Of a DNA stretch of 36,320 nt, positions 1 through 9,547 are shown piece after piece. Numbering within the stretch: the stretch's first letter is position 1; each line of letters opens with the position of its first letter. The stretch lies in the NCBI GenBank assembly GCA_964619725.1, contig CAZUFC010000090.1:1-36320 (forward strand), given 5' to 3'. Origin of the DNA: an uncultured bacterium (GTDB lineage Bacteria > CSSED10-310 > CAZUFC01). The notes beneath the pieces are model-generated. The model saw only the letters and a list, made by a program, of their open reading frames with translations, made no database searches and had not been told where the DNA came from. A program made the position numbers and the translations under genes.

Positions 1-318
1 GGACCTTCATTTTTAATTGGTTTTACTTGGATCCACACACAGCGGAAAAAGCTCACGACAAAGGATTCAGAGAATACCGGAAATGAGTCGAAAATTTAAA
101 GTATCAGGACCTGCATCTAAGCAAATGCTTACTGGAGAATTCATGCATCGATGGAAAGTTCTTTCTCAGCTTCCCGGATTTCTCTGCTGCTCGGGGAGAC
201 TCTTTCCCTGAGCAATCGATTAAGAAAGTTGCGAGGAAAAGGTCAATGTATTATTATTCTGGTGATGAAGTGCAAACGGTTGCTGATCGCAGCAAGACAC
301 AACCGGCAAGAATCATAA

Positions 319-2586
319 ATGGAAACAGGAGCGAGTCCAAAAACAGGATATAGCCGAACTGGTCCGGGCGGGAAGGATTCGGAAGAGTCTTCAGTGGAGC
401 GCCGGATCAGGATAATATCCCGTCTGCTGCTGATTTTTTCAGTTTTATTTCCCCTGGCAGGATTGATCCCGGAATTGGTGCACCTGGTCCCTGACACCAA
501 TGACGGCGCTTTTCACATGGGCCTTCTCCAGAACACCCTTTCTGCAATAAAGGAGGGGCGGAATCCTCTTGATTTCTGGATACCGAGCTGGTTATGCGGC
601 TTTCCAATTTTTCATTATTATCAGCCCGGACCTTACTTGCTGACCGCGGGTTTGTACATGATTTTCAAGGGTCTGGTTTCGAAGCTTTTCCTGTTCAGAT
701 TGGTGACGATACTGGCACTGATTTTAACTCCGCCGGCCCATTACATAGCGATGCGACTGGCCGGACAGGATCGCGCTGCGGCTGCCGGGGCCGCTTTTCT
801 TTGTTTAATGATATCGAGTCAGTCCTACGGAATGGAATTGTCGAGTTTTACCTGGTCCGGATGGGGATTGTTCGGCCAGGCGCTGGCATTGCCGTTTTTA
901 CCCCTGGCGCTGGCTGCAGGCTGGACGGCAGTCCAGGGCCGGCGGAAAACATTCGGGCCGGCGCTTCTGCTTTTCGGGACCTTCATGATGCACATTCTTT
1001 ACGGTTACATCGCCGTGCTGAGTCTGGCGATAGCTCCGCTGATCTCTTTAAAATTAAGAAATATTCTGAAGCGATATTGCAATCTGGGACGCTTTTACCT
1101 TCAAACGCTCCTTCTGCTTTCCTTTTTCGTCATCCCCCTGGCGCTCAATATTCCCTATCACGCCAAGAGTCTGTATGATCCGGCCCAGAAGTTCAATTCC
1201 GTGGGAGCGCAGAAGGCGCTGACGAAACTGTTCAGCGGTTCCCTTTTTGATCTGCAGCGATTTCCGATCATCACGATTCTGGTTGCCGTCGGTCTTTATC
1301 TGTGTGTCGACGCCTGGTTGAGCCGCCGTAAAAATTTCCGGGGTTGGATCGCATGCGGTTTCATCGTCTGGATCGGGTTATATTTCGGACGGGCGACCTG
1401 GGGCGGACTTATGGACCTGCTCCCTCTCAGCAAGGGCTTGCACATGGAGCGTCTTTCGAATGGCGCACAGATGTTCGGAATATGGCTGGCCGCCTGCGGA
1501 TTCGGGTATATCCTGAAACGCTGCTGCAGCCTCAAAAAACCCTTCCTGTGGATTCCGGCCCTGGCCGCCATGCTGGTCTTTCACTCTCCCGTCATTCACA
1601 ACCGCTACGAATACTATAAACTGAACGCCAGGATAACCGCAAAAAATGCGCAGCTTTTTTCCAAGGAAATGAAAACGTTCGCTCCGGTTCTGAAACGCCT
1701 TCTTCAAGCGCCGCCCGGCCGAGTTTACTGCGGACATTCCGGCAATTGGGGCGGCAAATATCGTCTCGCTGACGTGAAGGTTTACCATATCCTTTCTTCC
1801 TATGAAATTCCTAATATAGGCAATATGCCCTTTTCCTGGGCGCTGACCACAGACTTCCAGTCACATCTGTCCACGCGCTATCCCCAGCATTATGAACTTT
1901 TCAACATTCGTTATCTTCTGACGAATGAGGAGCGAGTCGTGCCCCCCAACGGCGAATTGATTCTCAAATCGGGCGAACACTTTCTTTATCGTATTCCTGA
2001 AAAGGGAGGACCTTTCAGTATCGTTTCGGTTCCTTTCACGATAATCGGAGATAAGGAAACGGCGTGGTATATGAACATGAGCTGGATGTTGAGCGGCTGG
2101 TCGCGTAATAAGACGCACGCAGGATTGGTTTTCCGCGACGAAGATACAGGCGGTTATCCTCTTTTACGCATGCTCGATCAGTTCAGATATACGAAGGAGG
2201 ATACTGACAGGGTTCATCATGTTTTCGACAGACCCCTGCTGTTTAAGAAAGACCCGCCGAAAGAACCGGAAGGCTCTTTATCGAATCAGCGTTCAGACCG
2301 ACACGAGGCTTCTGTTGACGTCCGGCTTGAGGAACCGGCCGTCATACTTTTTAAAAATACTTTTCATCCTCAGCGGCATGCCTATGTCGACGGAAACCCC
2401 ACTTCCACCATGATGCTTACTCCGGGACTGACCGGCGTCAGATTGGAAGCCGGAACTCACCAACTGATCATGCGTTATGAACCCGGACTTCTGAAACCGG
2501 TCCTGCTCATCGCAGGTTTTATTCTGGCCTGGCTGATCAATTTCATTCTCCCGACAGCCGGCAACGGCAATTTGAATCATGAATGA
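319..2586 (+). CDS. Polytopic membrane GT-C-like protein (PTPS-related/YfhO-like membrane glycosyltransferase)
   Basis: 755 aa with many TM segments. First loop has DxxxH (TNDGAFH) and GFPIFHYYQPGPY. The C-terminal soluble domain ends in a YfhO-like HAYVDG..LTGVRLEAGTHQLIMRYEP plus a final TM. Start is uncertain (alternative GTG at 394). Confidence 0.7.
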   Translation: METGASPKTGYSRTGPGGKDSEESSVERRIRIISRLLLIFSVLFPLAGLIPELVHLVPDTNDGAFHMGLLQNTLSAIKEGRNPLDFWIPSWLCGFPIFHYYQPGPYLLTAGLYMIFKGLVSKLFLFRLVTILALILTPPAHYIAMRLAGQDRAAAAGAAFLCLMISSQSYGMELSSFTWSGWGLFGQALALPFLPLALAAGWTAVQGRRKTFGPALLLFGTFMMHILYGYIAVLSLAIAPLISLKLRNILKRYCNLGRFYLQTLLLLSFFVIPLALNIPYHAKSLYDPAQKFNSVGAQKALTKLFSGSLFDLQRFPIITILVAVGLYLCVDAWLSRRKNFRGWIACGFIVWIGLYFGRATWGGLMDLLPLSKGLHMERLSNGAQMFGIWLAACGFGYILKRCCSLKKPFLWIPALAAMLVFHSPVIHNRYEYYKLNARITAKNAQLFSKEMKTFAPVLKRLLQAPPGRVYCGHSGNWGGKYRLADVKVYHILSSYEIPNIGNMPFSWALTTDFQSHLSTRYPQHYELFNIRYLLTNEERVVPPNGELILKSGEHFLYRIPEKGGPFSIVSVPFTIIGDKETAWYMNMSWMLSGWSRNKTHAGLVFRDEDTGGYPLLRMLDQFRYTKEDTDRVHHVFDRPLLFKKDPPKEPEGSLSNQRSDRHEASVDVRLEEPAVILFKNTFHPQRHAYVDGNPTSTMMLTPGLTGVRLEAGTHQLIMRYEPGLLKPVLLIAGFILAWLINFILPTAGNGNLNHE

Positions 2587-4393
2587 ATCATCACAATCGC
2601 ATAAACCCGCCACACTGAAGCGTATTACGGCGGCAAGCCTCATCTGGTGGATACTGGCGGCGGCAGTCGCTCTGCATGTCATCCTTATGCCCGCTCCGGG
2701 ATGGGAACGCGATCTCTACTGGCACGACGTCTGGATAAGGACATCACTCGAACACGGCATCGTCGAATTACATGAAAAAGTCTGGTGCGATTATCCACCG
2801 GGGTACCTTTATTTTTTAAACGGATTAGGAAGGGCCTGGACCGCGCTGTTAGGCGACCTTCCCCCGGAAAATTCCGTTTCTATGCTTTACATCCTTAAAT
2901 TCTGGGCTGTATTGTCCAACATAGCCGGCGCTTACATTCTTTATCGTCTGGCTAAAAAACATTTCAACCGCAAACGGGGATTGCTGATAGCGGCGCTTCT
3001 CGCTTTTAATCCAGCCCTGATATTCAACAGCGCAGTTTGGGGGCAGGTGGACTCTCTCCAGGGTTTGCTCGTAATCATCGCCTGCATGCTCGTCTGCGCC
3101 AGGCGTACTGCCTTGGGATTCGGGGTTTTAAGCCTGGTGATACTGATAAAATTCCAGGCCGTCGTTGTCCTTCCCGCCCTCGTGATGACGACATTTCATC
3201 TGAATAAAGGCCAGGGCATCAAAAAAGCTTATATCGGCACAGCCCTTTCTTCGCTCATTATCCTGTTGCCCTTCTATCTGGCGAATAAAACGGATTGGGT
3301 TATTCAAACAGCCTTCGGAGCATCCGGCAGATATCCCAAAATTTCCATGAACGCCTGGAACATCTGGTGGCTTGTCGGAGGAAAAGAATCGGTCTTTACT
3401 TCCGATGCCTACAGAATTGGAAACGGTCTCCTGAGCTACTACGGAACGGGCATGCTCCTGTTCGTGCTTATGACCGTGCTGATACTCATCCAACTCCGGC
3501 ATCGCCTTAAAAAGGAACACGTACGACCCGAATCAGCCCTTTTTACGGCATGCGCTTTAGAATTCATGGCATTCTACCTCTTTCCTACTCAGATGCACGA
3601 ACGCTACATCGTTCCATGCCTTTTCCCCCTGGCCGCTTCAATGATATACCGCCCGCGAAGGATATGGCTTTACGCACTCTGGTCTGTCGGGATCGCTCAT
3701 TCACTGGCGTCCACGCTGCGGGTGAGTTACCCTCACGGACTGGGACTCATAGGCGATGTTCTGGAAAAGGCCGATCTGATCAATACCGTTTTCCCCAAAA
3801 ATCGCGTGGATGCTTATGTCGGCAGCATTCTATTCATTCTGCTTTTTTTCTTAACCTTTATCTTTGTGAAAAAAATAAGATTTAACCTTAAACTTTTAAT
3901 TCCTGTAGCCCTTTTTCCATTGTTGGTTGGGGGCATTTCCGCTATTCCGATGAAAGGTTCCACGCTGCTTTCCGAATGGACCCCTGTCTATGCAAGTCAG
4001 GACTGGGGCAGTCTTCAAATAAACAAAACCGTCCTGGGAAAAAGACTCAACGCCGTGGGGTTCATTTTCAGACGCGGCATAGGAACTCATGCCGTTTCCG
4101 TGTTAAAATACCACCTCAACGGAGCCTTCAAAGAATTCGACGTATGCTATGCAAAAACACACTACAGAAAAACAAACGTAGTTTTCAGAATATCAGCCGA
4201 TTTTCCTGACGAACAGGCCGGTCTGAAACGAAAAATCCTTCATGACAGCGGTATAATCAATCGCCAGAAAACCCCAGTGCATGTCCGCGTCCCGGTAAAA
4301 AACGCGGAATTCCTGATACTCCAGGTCACCGACGGCGGAGATACCATTAACTCAGATCACGCCGCCTGGCTCGAACCGCTGCTTATTCGTTGA
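2579..4393 (+). CDS. GT-C mannosyltransferase-like (Gpi18/GT87-type) protein with C-terminal NPCBM/NEW2 carbohydrate-binding module
   Basis: Motifs CDYPPGYLY, NSAVWGQVDS and TQMHERY. C-terminal QDWGSLQINK..GIGTHAVS..DGGDTINSDHAAW is typical of NPCBM. Overlaps the upstream CDS by 8 nt. Confidence 0.75.
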   Translation: MNESSQSHKPATLKRITAASLIWWILAAAVALHVILMPAPGWERDLYWHDVWIRTSLEHGIVELHEKVWCDYPPGYLYFLNGLGRAWTALLGDLPPENSVSMLYILKFWAVLSNIAGAYILYRLAKKHFNRKRGLLIAALLAFNPALIFNSAVWGQVDSLQGLLVIIACMLVCARRTALGFGVLSLVILIKFQAVVVLPALVMTTFHLNKGQGIKKAYIGTALSSLIILLPFYLANKTDWVIQTAFGASGRYPKISMNAWNIWWLVGGKESVFTSDAYRIGNGLLSYYGTGMLLFVLMTVLILIQLRHRLKKEHVRPESALFTACALEFMAFYLFPTQMHERYIVPCLFPLAASMIYRPRRIWLYALWSVGIAHSLASTLRVSYPHGLGLIGDVLEKADLINTVFPKNRVDAYVGSILFILLFFLTFIFVKKIRFNLKLLIPVALFPLLVGGISAIPMKGSTLLSEWTPVYASQDWGSLQINKTVLGKRLNAVGFIFRRGIGTHAVSVLKYHLNGAFKEFDVCYAKTHYRKTNVVFRISADFPDEQAGLKRKILHDSGIINRQKTPVHVRVPVKNAEFLILQVTDGGDTINSDHAAWLEPLLIR

Positions 4394-4548
4394 TAGCGGA
4401 GTCCGTATGCCGGATATCCATGGTTTGCGACGGGCTCTGACCCCTTTCCCGATGCTTGATGCCGAATGACGGATGGAATTCGATCCTTTCACTGTCTTGC
4501 CCTCTGTCATCCCCTAAAATTCAGGCTTATTCCGCCGGCCTCTCTGTT

Positions 4549-5115
4549 TTAAAACTTTTTTCCCGCTGAAAACGCTTTTGCCGTTTCTTTGCCGAAACCG
4601 TAATAGGCACGGTTGTCAGGAACGAAAATTATCGGTTTCAACCTACTGATATCGGCTGCTCCTTTTTCATTAAGGACCGCTTCATCAATTTTTACGTCCA
4701 TTATTTCACCCACGAACTGGGTGTGAAGACCTATCTCGACAGTTTTAATCAGTTTGCATTCCAGGATGCAGGGAAATTCTTCTATGTATGGAGCGTTAAC
4801 CAGCTTGCTTTTTACCGGAGTCAGTCCCGTCGCTTCAAATTTGTTTTTATTTTTTCCGGATGCCATACCGAAATAATCGGCTTCAGCGACGTATTTTTCC
4901 GAAGGAATATTTATCGTAAAAGCCTCAGACGCGACAATGTTTCCGTAAGAATATGTCGCCTTTCTGAGGGATATTCCGACAGAGGGAGGATCGGAGCAGA
5001 CTATACCTCCCCAGGCAGCGGCCATGGCGTTCGGTTTTCCGTTTTTGTCGTACGTCCCCACGATAAACACAGGAGTCGGATATACTAATGTTTTGGCTCC
5101 TAAAGATTTTTTCAT
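4549..5115 (-). CDS. Flavin reductase-like (DIM6/NTAB) FMN-binding protein
   Basis: [53 protein letters not shown]. Confidence 0.9.
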   Translation of the reverse strand: MKKSLGAKTLVYPTPVFIVGTYDKNGKPNAMAAAWGGIVCSDPPSVGISLRKATYSYGNIVASEAFTINIPSEKYVAEADYFGMASGKNKNKFEATGLTPVKSKLVNAPYIEEFPCILECKLIKTVEIGLHTQFVGEIMDVKIDEAVLNEKGAADISRLKPIIFVPDNRAYYGFGKETAKAFSAGKKF

Positions 5116-5146
5116 TTTTTTTTGCGTCCCTCTTCAATACGCTTTA

Positions 5147-5710
5147 TCAGTCGTTTTTATCCGTTTTTTCACGCTCCTCAAAATCAAGAGCGATTGAATT
5201 GATGCAATACCTCAGTCCCGTGGGTTCAGGTCCGTCGTCGAACACATGACCCAGATGAGAACCGCAACGGTTGCACAAAACTTCAGTCCTCCTCATGAAA
5301 AGACTGTTGTCTTCTTTTTCAGCTACTTTTTTCTCAGCATAAGGCTCCCAGAAACTCGGCCAACCCGACCCTGAATCAAATTTCGCCTCTGAACTGAATA
5401 ATGTATTGCCGCAGGCCGCGCAACGATATATTCCCTCTCCTTTGAAATTATAATATTCTCCGGAGAAAGCAGGCTCGGTCCCTTTTTTTCTCAGGATTTT
5501 GTATTCCTCCGGAGTCAATATCTCTTTCCATTCTTCATCTGTCTTTTCTATTTCGTAAGTCATGTCAGCCTCTTTCTTGTTATAAGTTTCCTCTTTTTTC
5601 GCCTGCTCGCTGTCTGTCATCTTACCGGATTCCGAGCTGTCGCCGCAGGCAAAAGAACTCACAGTCATCAGAAAAAAGACAACCGCCATCAGAATCGTCC
5701 TTTTCCTCAT
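5147..5710 (-). CDS. msrB: Peptide-methionine (R)-S-oxide reductase MsrB with N-terminal lipoprotein-like signal
   Basis: [14 protein letters not shown] and CNRC zinc motifs, [29 protein letters not shown]. Signal peptide ends in FAC. Confidence 0.95.
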   Translation of the reverse strand: MRKRTILMAVVFFLMTVSSFACGDSSESGKMTDSEQAKKEETYNKKEADMTYEIEKTDEEWKEILTPEEYKILRKKGTEPAFSGEYYNFKGEGIYRCAACGNTLFSSEAKFDSGSGWPSFWEPYAEKKVAEKEDNSLFMRRTEVLCNRCGSHLGHVFDDGPEPTGLRYCINSIALDFEEREKTDKND

Positions 5711-5779
5711 TTTTTTTCCTTTCAGTTGTTTTGCATTTCATTCATTTTCCTCGCAACATGCAAGAAACTCATACTATTG

Positions 5780-5805
5780 GATGCATAAAACGGCTGAAAG
5801 TTGCA
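5780..5805 (-). promoter_or_regulatory. Possible ECF-sigma promoter upstream of msrB
   Basis: Minus strand reads TGCAAC-N16-CATC, resembling ECF promoters such as TGAAAC-N16-CGTC/A. Confidence 0.3.
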
Positions 5806-5930
5806 TTCTCCTGTGATTTTATATTAATAAGTGTCTGTCCGCAAACTCGAATCTCGATTCAAAATTTAATGCTGGACAGCCGCTAATTGACCGTAATGCG
5901 AAAAGATCGTCTCAGTCCGGCATCCGGTTT

Positions 5931-6596
5931 TCAATCATTCCGGTGTAGTTGACGGGCGATTTTCCAGGAAAATGTTCCGATCTGATCGCTTTGAAGAGAG
6001 ATCACATCGCCCGGCTTGACGGAACCTATGCCTGCGGGCGTGCCGGTGAAAATAAGGTCTCCCTTCTTCAGCCGCCAGACTTTGGACAGAGCGGCAATCA
6101 ATTCCGGCACGCTGAAAATCATCAGACGGGTATGTCCCTCCTGTCGCAGTTCTCCGTTAATCCTGCATGAAAACCGTATGTCGCTTAAATCCGTTTTTTC
6201 ATCATATTCTATGAACCGTCCGACAGGCGCGCTCTGGTCGAAAGCCTTGGACAACTCCCACGGCAATCCTTTACTCTTCAACTCTTTCTGGACGTCTCTC
6301 ATGGTCATATCCAGCCCCAAACTCAAACCAGCGATGAAATCGTGCGATTCGCCGGCAGCTTTCGGTCGTCCGTCCTTTCCGACAAGAACCACAAGTTCCG
6401 CCTCGTAATGCAAATCGCTGCCATGCTCAGGAAATTCAATAACCGCCCCTTCCTCCACCAGGCATGTGTTCGGCTTCATGAAAACGACAGGAGATTCAGG
6501 AACTTCCTCACTCATCTCCCGGGCATGATCGGCATAGTTCTTTCCTATGCAGAAAATCCTCATCGGCTCGAAGTTTCTTTTTCCTGTTTTTATCAC
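5931..6596 (-). CDS. Fumarylacetoacetate hydrolase family protein (YcgM/FAHD1-like)
   Basis: IFCIGKNYADHAREM, FMKP, LHYEAELVV, GLPWELSKAFD, GDLIFTGTPAGIG. Alternative ATG start at 6563. Confidence 0.93.
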   Translation of the reverse strand: MIKTGKRNFEPMRIFCIGKNYADHAREMSEEVPESPVVFMKPNTCLVEEGAVIEFPEHGSDLHYEAELVVLVGKDGRPKAAGESHDFIAGLSLGLDMTMRDVQKELKSKGLPWELSKAFDQSAPVGRFIEYDEKTDLSDIRFSCRINGELRQEGHTRLMIFSVPELIAALSKVWRLKKGDLIFTGTPAGIGSVKPGDVISLQSDQIGTFSWKIARQLHRND

Positions 6597-6768
6597 GTGT
6601 GCCGCCCTCCGGAATCGTATTATTCAAGTTATTGTCCACGAACAGTAAATGCCTGCTGACGAGTTCAAAATCAAACTGCTTCGTGTTTTAATCCAGGTTA
6701 CGGCAACCTGAAGCGAAACCGTTCCGGACGAAAAAACAATATACGGGAAAATCAAGTAACCGGCGTTA

Positions 6769-7794
6769 TTACGCTGCCACCTCGTTTTCCATTTGATCGG
6801 TGTATTTGCCGTACCGGGCAGCGCTGTTGCATTTAGCGCGATGGTAAAACAGTTTTTGAGCCTGACCGATATTTGAGTCTTCCCCCTTCCAGGCATGAAG
6901 CGTCGGCTGCTGGAGCGCTCTTCCGTAGGAAAAACTCAACTCCCAGGGATGATCTCCCATCTTATTCATGGCGTTCAGGTTCCTGGTAGCCTCTTCCGGC
7001 GACTGACCGCCCGACAGGAACACTATCCCGGGTACCGCATCAGGGACCACCCGGGTGAAACATCTGACTGTAGCTTCGGCGATTTCCTCCGGCGTAGCCT
7101 GCCTGGGACAATCCTTTCCGGGAAGGACCATGTTGGGCTTCAATAAACTTCCCTCCAGGTAAACCCGGTGCTCGAAAAGCTGCTGATAAACGCTCTTTAA
7201 TACTTCGGCAGTCACTTCTTCACATTCGTTGATCGTATGGTCTCCGTCCATAAGCACTTCAGGCTCAACGATCGGCACAATGTCCGCTTCCTGGCATAAT
7301 GCTGCATACCGCGCCAGCGCATGAGCATTGGCTTCGATACAACAACGGGTCGGTATCCCGTCGCCTATTTTTATGACGGCACGCCATTTGCCGAATCCCG
7401 CACCCAGTTCCCGGTATTCAGCCAGCCGCTCGCGCAAACCGTCCAAACCTTCCGTAACCTTCTCTTCAGGAAATCCCGCCAGAGGCTTCGCCCCCGTATC
7501 CACCTTGATGCCGGGAACAGCTCCCGAACGCGCCAGCAAATCCGGAAAAGACTCCCCGTCAGAAGTCTTCTGCCTTATCGTCTCATCAAATAATATCACG
7601 CCGCTGATGCAATCGCCGTAACCCCTGGATGTAAACAGAATTTCCCTGTACTTGCGTCGCGTCTCTTCCGTCGATTCAACTTTTATCAACGCCAGACGTT
7701 TCGCTATAGTCGGAAAACTCTCATCAGCAGCTAATATGCCCTTGCCTGCCGCAACTATTTTTTTCGCTGTCTCTTTAAGCTTGGCTCTATTCAT
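6769..7794 (-). CDS. Fructose-bisphosphate aldolase class I (animal/plant type)
   Basis: GKGILAADES, GIKVDTG, KWRAV, IVPIVEPEV, LLKPNMV (Schiff-base Lys), FLSGGQS, SFSYGRALQ. Confidence 0.96.
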   Translation of the reverse strand: MNRAKLKETAKKIVAAGKGILAADESFPTIAKRLALIKVESTEETRRKYREILFTSRGYGDCISGVILFDETIRQKTSDGESFPDLLARSGAVPGIKVDTGAKPLAGFPEEKVTEGLDGLRERLAEYRELGAGFGKWRAVIKIGDGIPTRCCIEANAHALARYAALCQEADIVPIVEPEVLMDGDHTINECEEVTAEVLKSVYQQLFEHRVYLEGSLLKPNMVLPGKDCPRQATPEEIAEATVRCFTRVVPDAVPGIVFLSGGQSPEEATRNLNAMNKMGDHPWELSFSYGRALQQPTLHAWKGEDSNIGQAQKLFYHRAKCNSAARYGKYTDQMENEVAA

Positions 7795-7854
7795 ATCTCG
7801 TCACTCTCCCTTACGAAGTGAAATTTAAGATCTTTACGATCCAAAAGTATCAGC

Positions 7855-7883
7855 ACATTATAGCTTTTTCATTTGATTGTCAA
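7855..7883 (-). promoter_or_regulatory. Sigma70-type promoter of the aldolase gene
   Basis: Minus strand TTGACA-17 nt-TAATGT, about 60 nt upstream of the start codon. Confidence 0.55.
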
Positions 7884-8087
7884 TTCAAATGTTCACGTAT
7901 CGGAACAGTATCTGTCCCGCATTTCTCATACAAAACTGTAGTGAGAGCGCTCAGATTCCTGCTGATTAAGATGATAAGGACTGCAGGACGGCGGATATAC
8001 GGCACCGCTGTAACGAGCGCAGGCGTAAGGATGCCGAAACGCTGGACTGAATCTGCAGGGATATTGCAACTCATAATAGGTTTGGGC

Positions 8088-8312
8088 CTGATCAAACAGG
8101 GGTTACGCTTCTTTAAAAACTTTCAACAGTTTGTTTAAGTGATCGGGATCGGGGATCGGTATCGCAATCGGTATCGGGGTCGCTATCGCAATCGGGGTCG
8201 CTATCGGGAATCGGTATCGGGGTCGGTATCGCAATCGGAAGCAAAATCAAAATAAAATGATGGAGTTCTGTAGAATTGTAACCTCAAAAGCCGATTTTCT
8301 GATCAATGCCAT
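8088..8312. repeat. Dispersed element copy 1: 50-bp core, then 16 NNTCGS units (8141-8238), then conserved tail
   Basis: Core 8088-8137 matches 33061-33110 at 41/50 and the reverse complement of 31092-31141 at 43/50 (manual alignment). Tail GAATT(G/A)TAACCTCAAAAG..TGATCAATGCC is shared with copy 2. Confidence 0.85.
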
Positions 8313-8529
8313 AAATTTGATATGAGAAATGCGGGCTATGCCTTCGCAACGCCATAAGAAATCGAAAACCGCCGGCAGCAAAACCGTACTCAGGCGTCTT
8401 TGACAAAACAAGGCATCTGTTATACGCCATTCGGAATCCTGCATCCAGGTTCAAAAAGGTATGCCCGGCGCTATGCATTGAGGGTTGATGCAAGGCATAA
8501 TCGTAATCGATGTCGGACAGCGTAACTGA

Positions 8530-8560
8530 AAGCGGCAGGATGCCGCTTCTACTTTTTTTT
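8530..8560 (+). terminator. Hairpin plus T-tract (intrinsic terminator-like; also reads as a GTAG-type REP on the minus strand)
   Basis: AAGCGGCA-GGA-TGCCGCTT followed by CTACTTTTTTTT. Confidence 0.55.
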
Positions 8561-8642
8561 ATTCTTTTTTATCGTTCTTTTTGTTTTTTATTTATTGTCT
8601 TTTTCGAAAAGCAGGCGCGGCCTCCTGCATCCATCCGCCATC

Positions 8643-9482
8643 TTACTTAAACCCCTTCAGCAGCTCATATTTTCGCTCCAGTTGTTCAAATCTTTTCAGG
8701 CGTCTCTCAGAATCATAAAATGAGCTTTCCCAGGAGCCATAGAGGGGATTCGGCAGCATGAACCATTTTGTTCCCCAGTAAGAATCGTATTTTTCCACCA
8801 ACCTGATTCTTGCATCGGGTTCTGCATGAGCGCCGGAACAGAAATCATTCAGGTTGTCCCCGAATATGAAGAGAATTCTGTGCGTTTCTGCAGCATGGGC
8901 CCTGCGGTTGCTTTTGTCCGACCTCCATTCTTCTTTTTCGTATTTAGTCAGCAAAAAATCTTTTTCGTCGCTTATTGGAAAACCGGCTTTTTCCAGATTC
9001 TGCCTGGTCGGCGTTTCATTTCTGTGATTCCTGTTCGTGATGTAGAAAACGTCCACTCCCTTGCCTGCCGCATACTTGAGAAATTCTACAGCCCCGGAAA
9101 TCGGTTCTGCGTCGCCTTTGTTCACCCATTCATTCCATAAGCTCCAATTATATCCGATACCTTCTTTCGCCAACTGAGCCTGAAACGGCATATTGCTCAA
9201 AACAGTCTCATCCACATCGACTATTATCGCCGGCGGCAGCGATCCGTAATTCTCCTTTTGCTCGACCGCAGCGGTCCAGGACTTATCTTTTAAAGCTTCG
9301 TCCAGTTGAATCCTGGCTGCAGCGAAAGTCTGTTCCGCGCAGGCGTGGTATTCTGCCGACGTCTGCATCCAGAGAATCCCGTTCAAAGTCTCGTGATTTT
9401 TGTCAAGCTCACAGGAAACTTTATCGGCACTGATGCTGACGAGAAAAATAAACAATGCGACAAGAACAGTCAGTTTTTTCAT
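8643..9482 (-). CDS. Class C acid phosphatase / 5'-nucleotidase e(P4) family, secreted
   Basis: Signal peptide, WMQTSAEY, HAD motif DVDETVLSN, FYITNR, GDNLNDF, LPNPLYGSWE. Confidence 0.92.
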   Translation of the reverse strand: MKKLTVLVALFIFLVSISADKVSCELDKNHETLNGILWMQTSAEYHACAEQTFAAARIQLDEALKDKSWTAAVEQKENYGSLPPAIIVDVDETVLSNMPFQAQLAKEGIGYNWSLWNEWVNKGDAEPISGAVEFLKYAAGKGVDVFYITNRNHRNETPTRQNLEKAGFPISDEKDFLLTKYEKEEWRSDKSNRRAHAAETHRILFIFGDNLNDFCSGAHAEPDARIRLVEKYDSYWGTKWFMLPNPLYGSWESSFYDSERRLKRFEQLERKYELLKGFK

Positions 9483-9547
9483 TTTTTCCTCCTTGCTGAT
9501 CCTCTTGATTTTTTCATCAACCTTTAATTAGTGTAAATCAGAAATAT

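Noticed and set aside
17-211. 64-aa ORF at the window start, and short ORFs at 7818-8493 and 31191-31544
   Set aside because: No RBS or recognisable motifs, and they overlap repeats or promoters; treated as spurious.
6769-7794. Eukaryote-type class I aldolase as a sign of eukaryotic gene transfer linked to the DPY19-like gene
   Set aside because: This aldolase type is widespread in bacteria; nothing links the two.
8141-8238. Hexamer arrays (also 33114-33191) and the 9-mer array as CRISPR or as Asp-x repeat peptides
   Set aside because: No repeat-spacer structure and no cas genes; 7-nt units break the frame and no start/RBS is evident.
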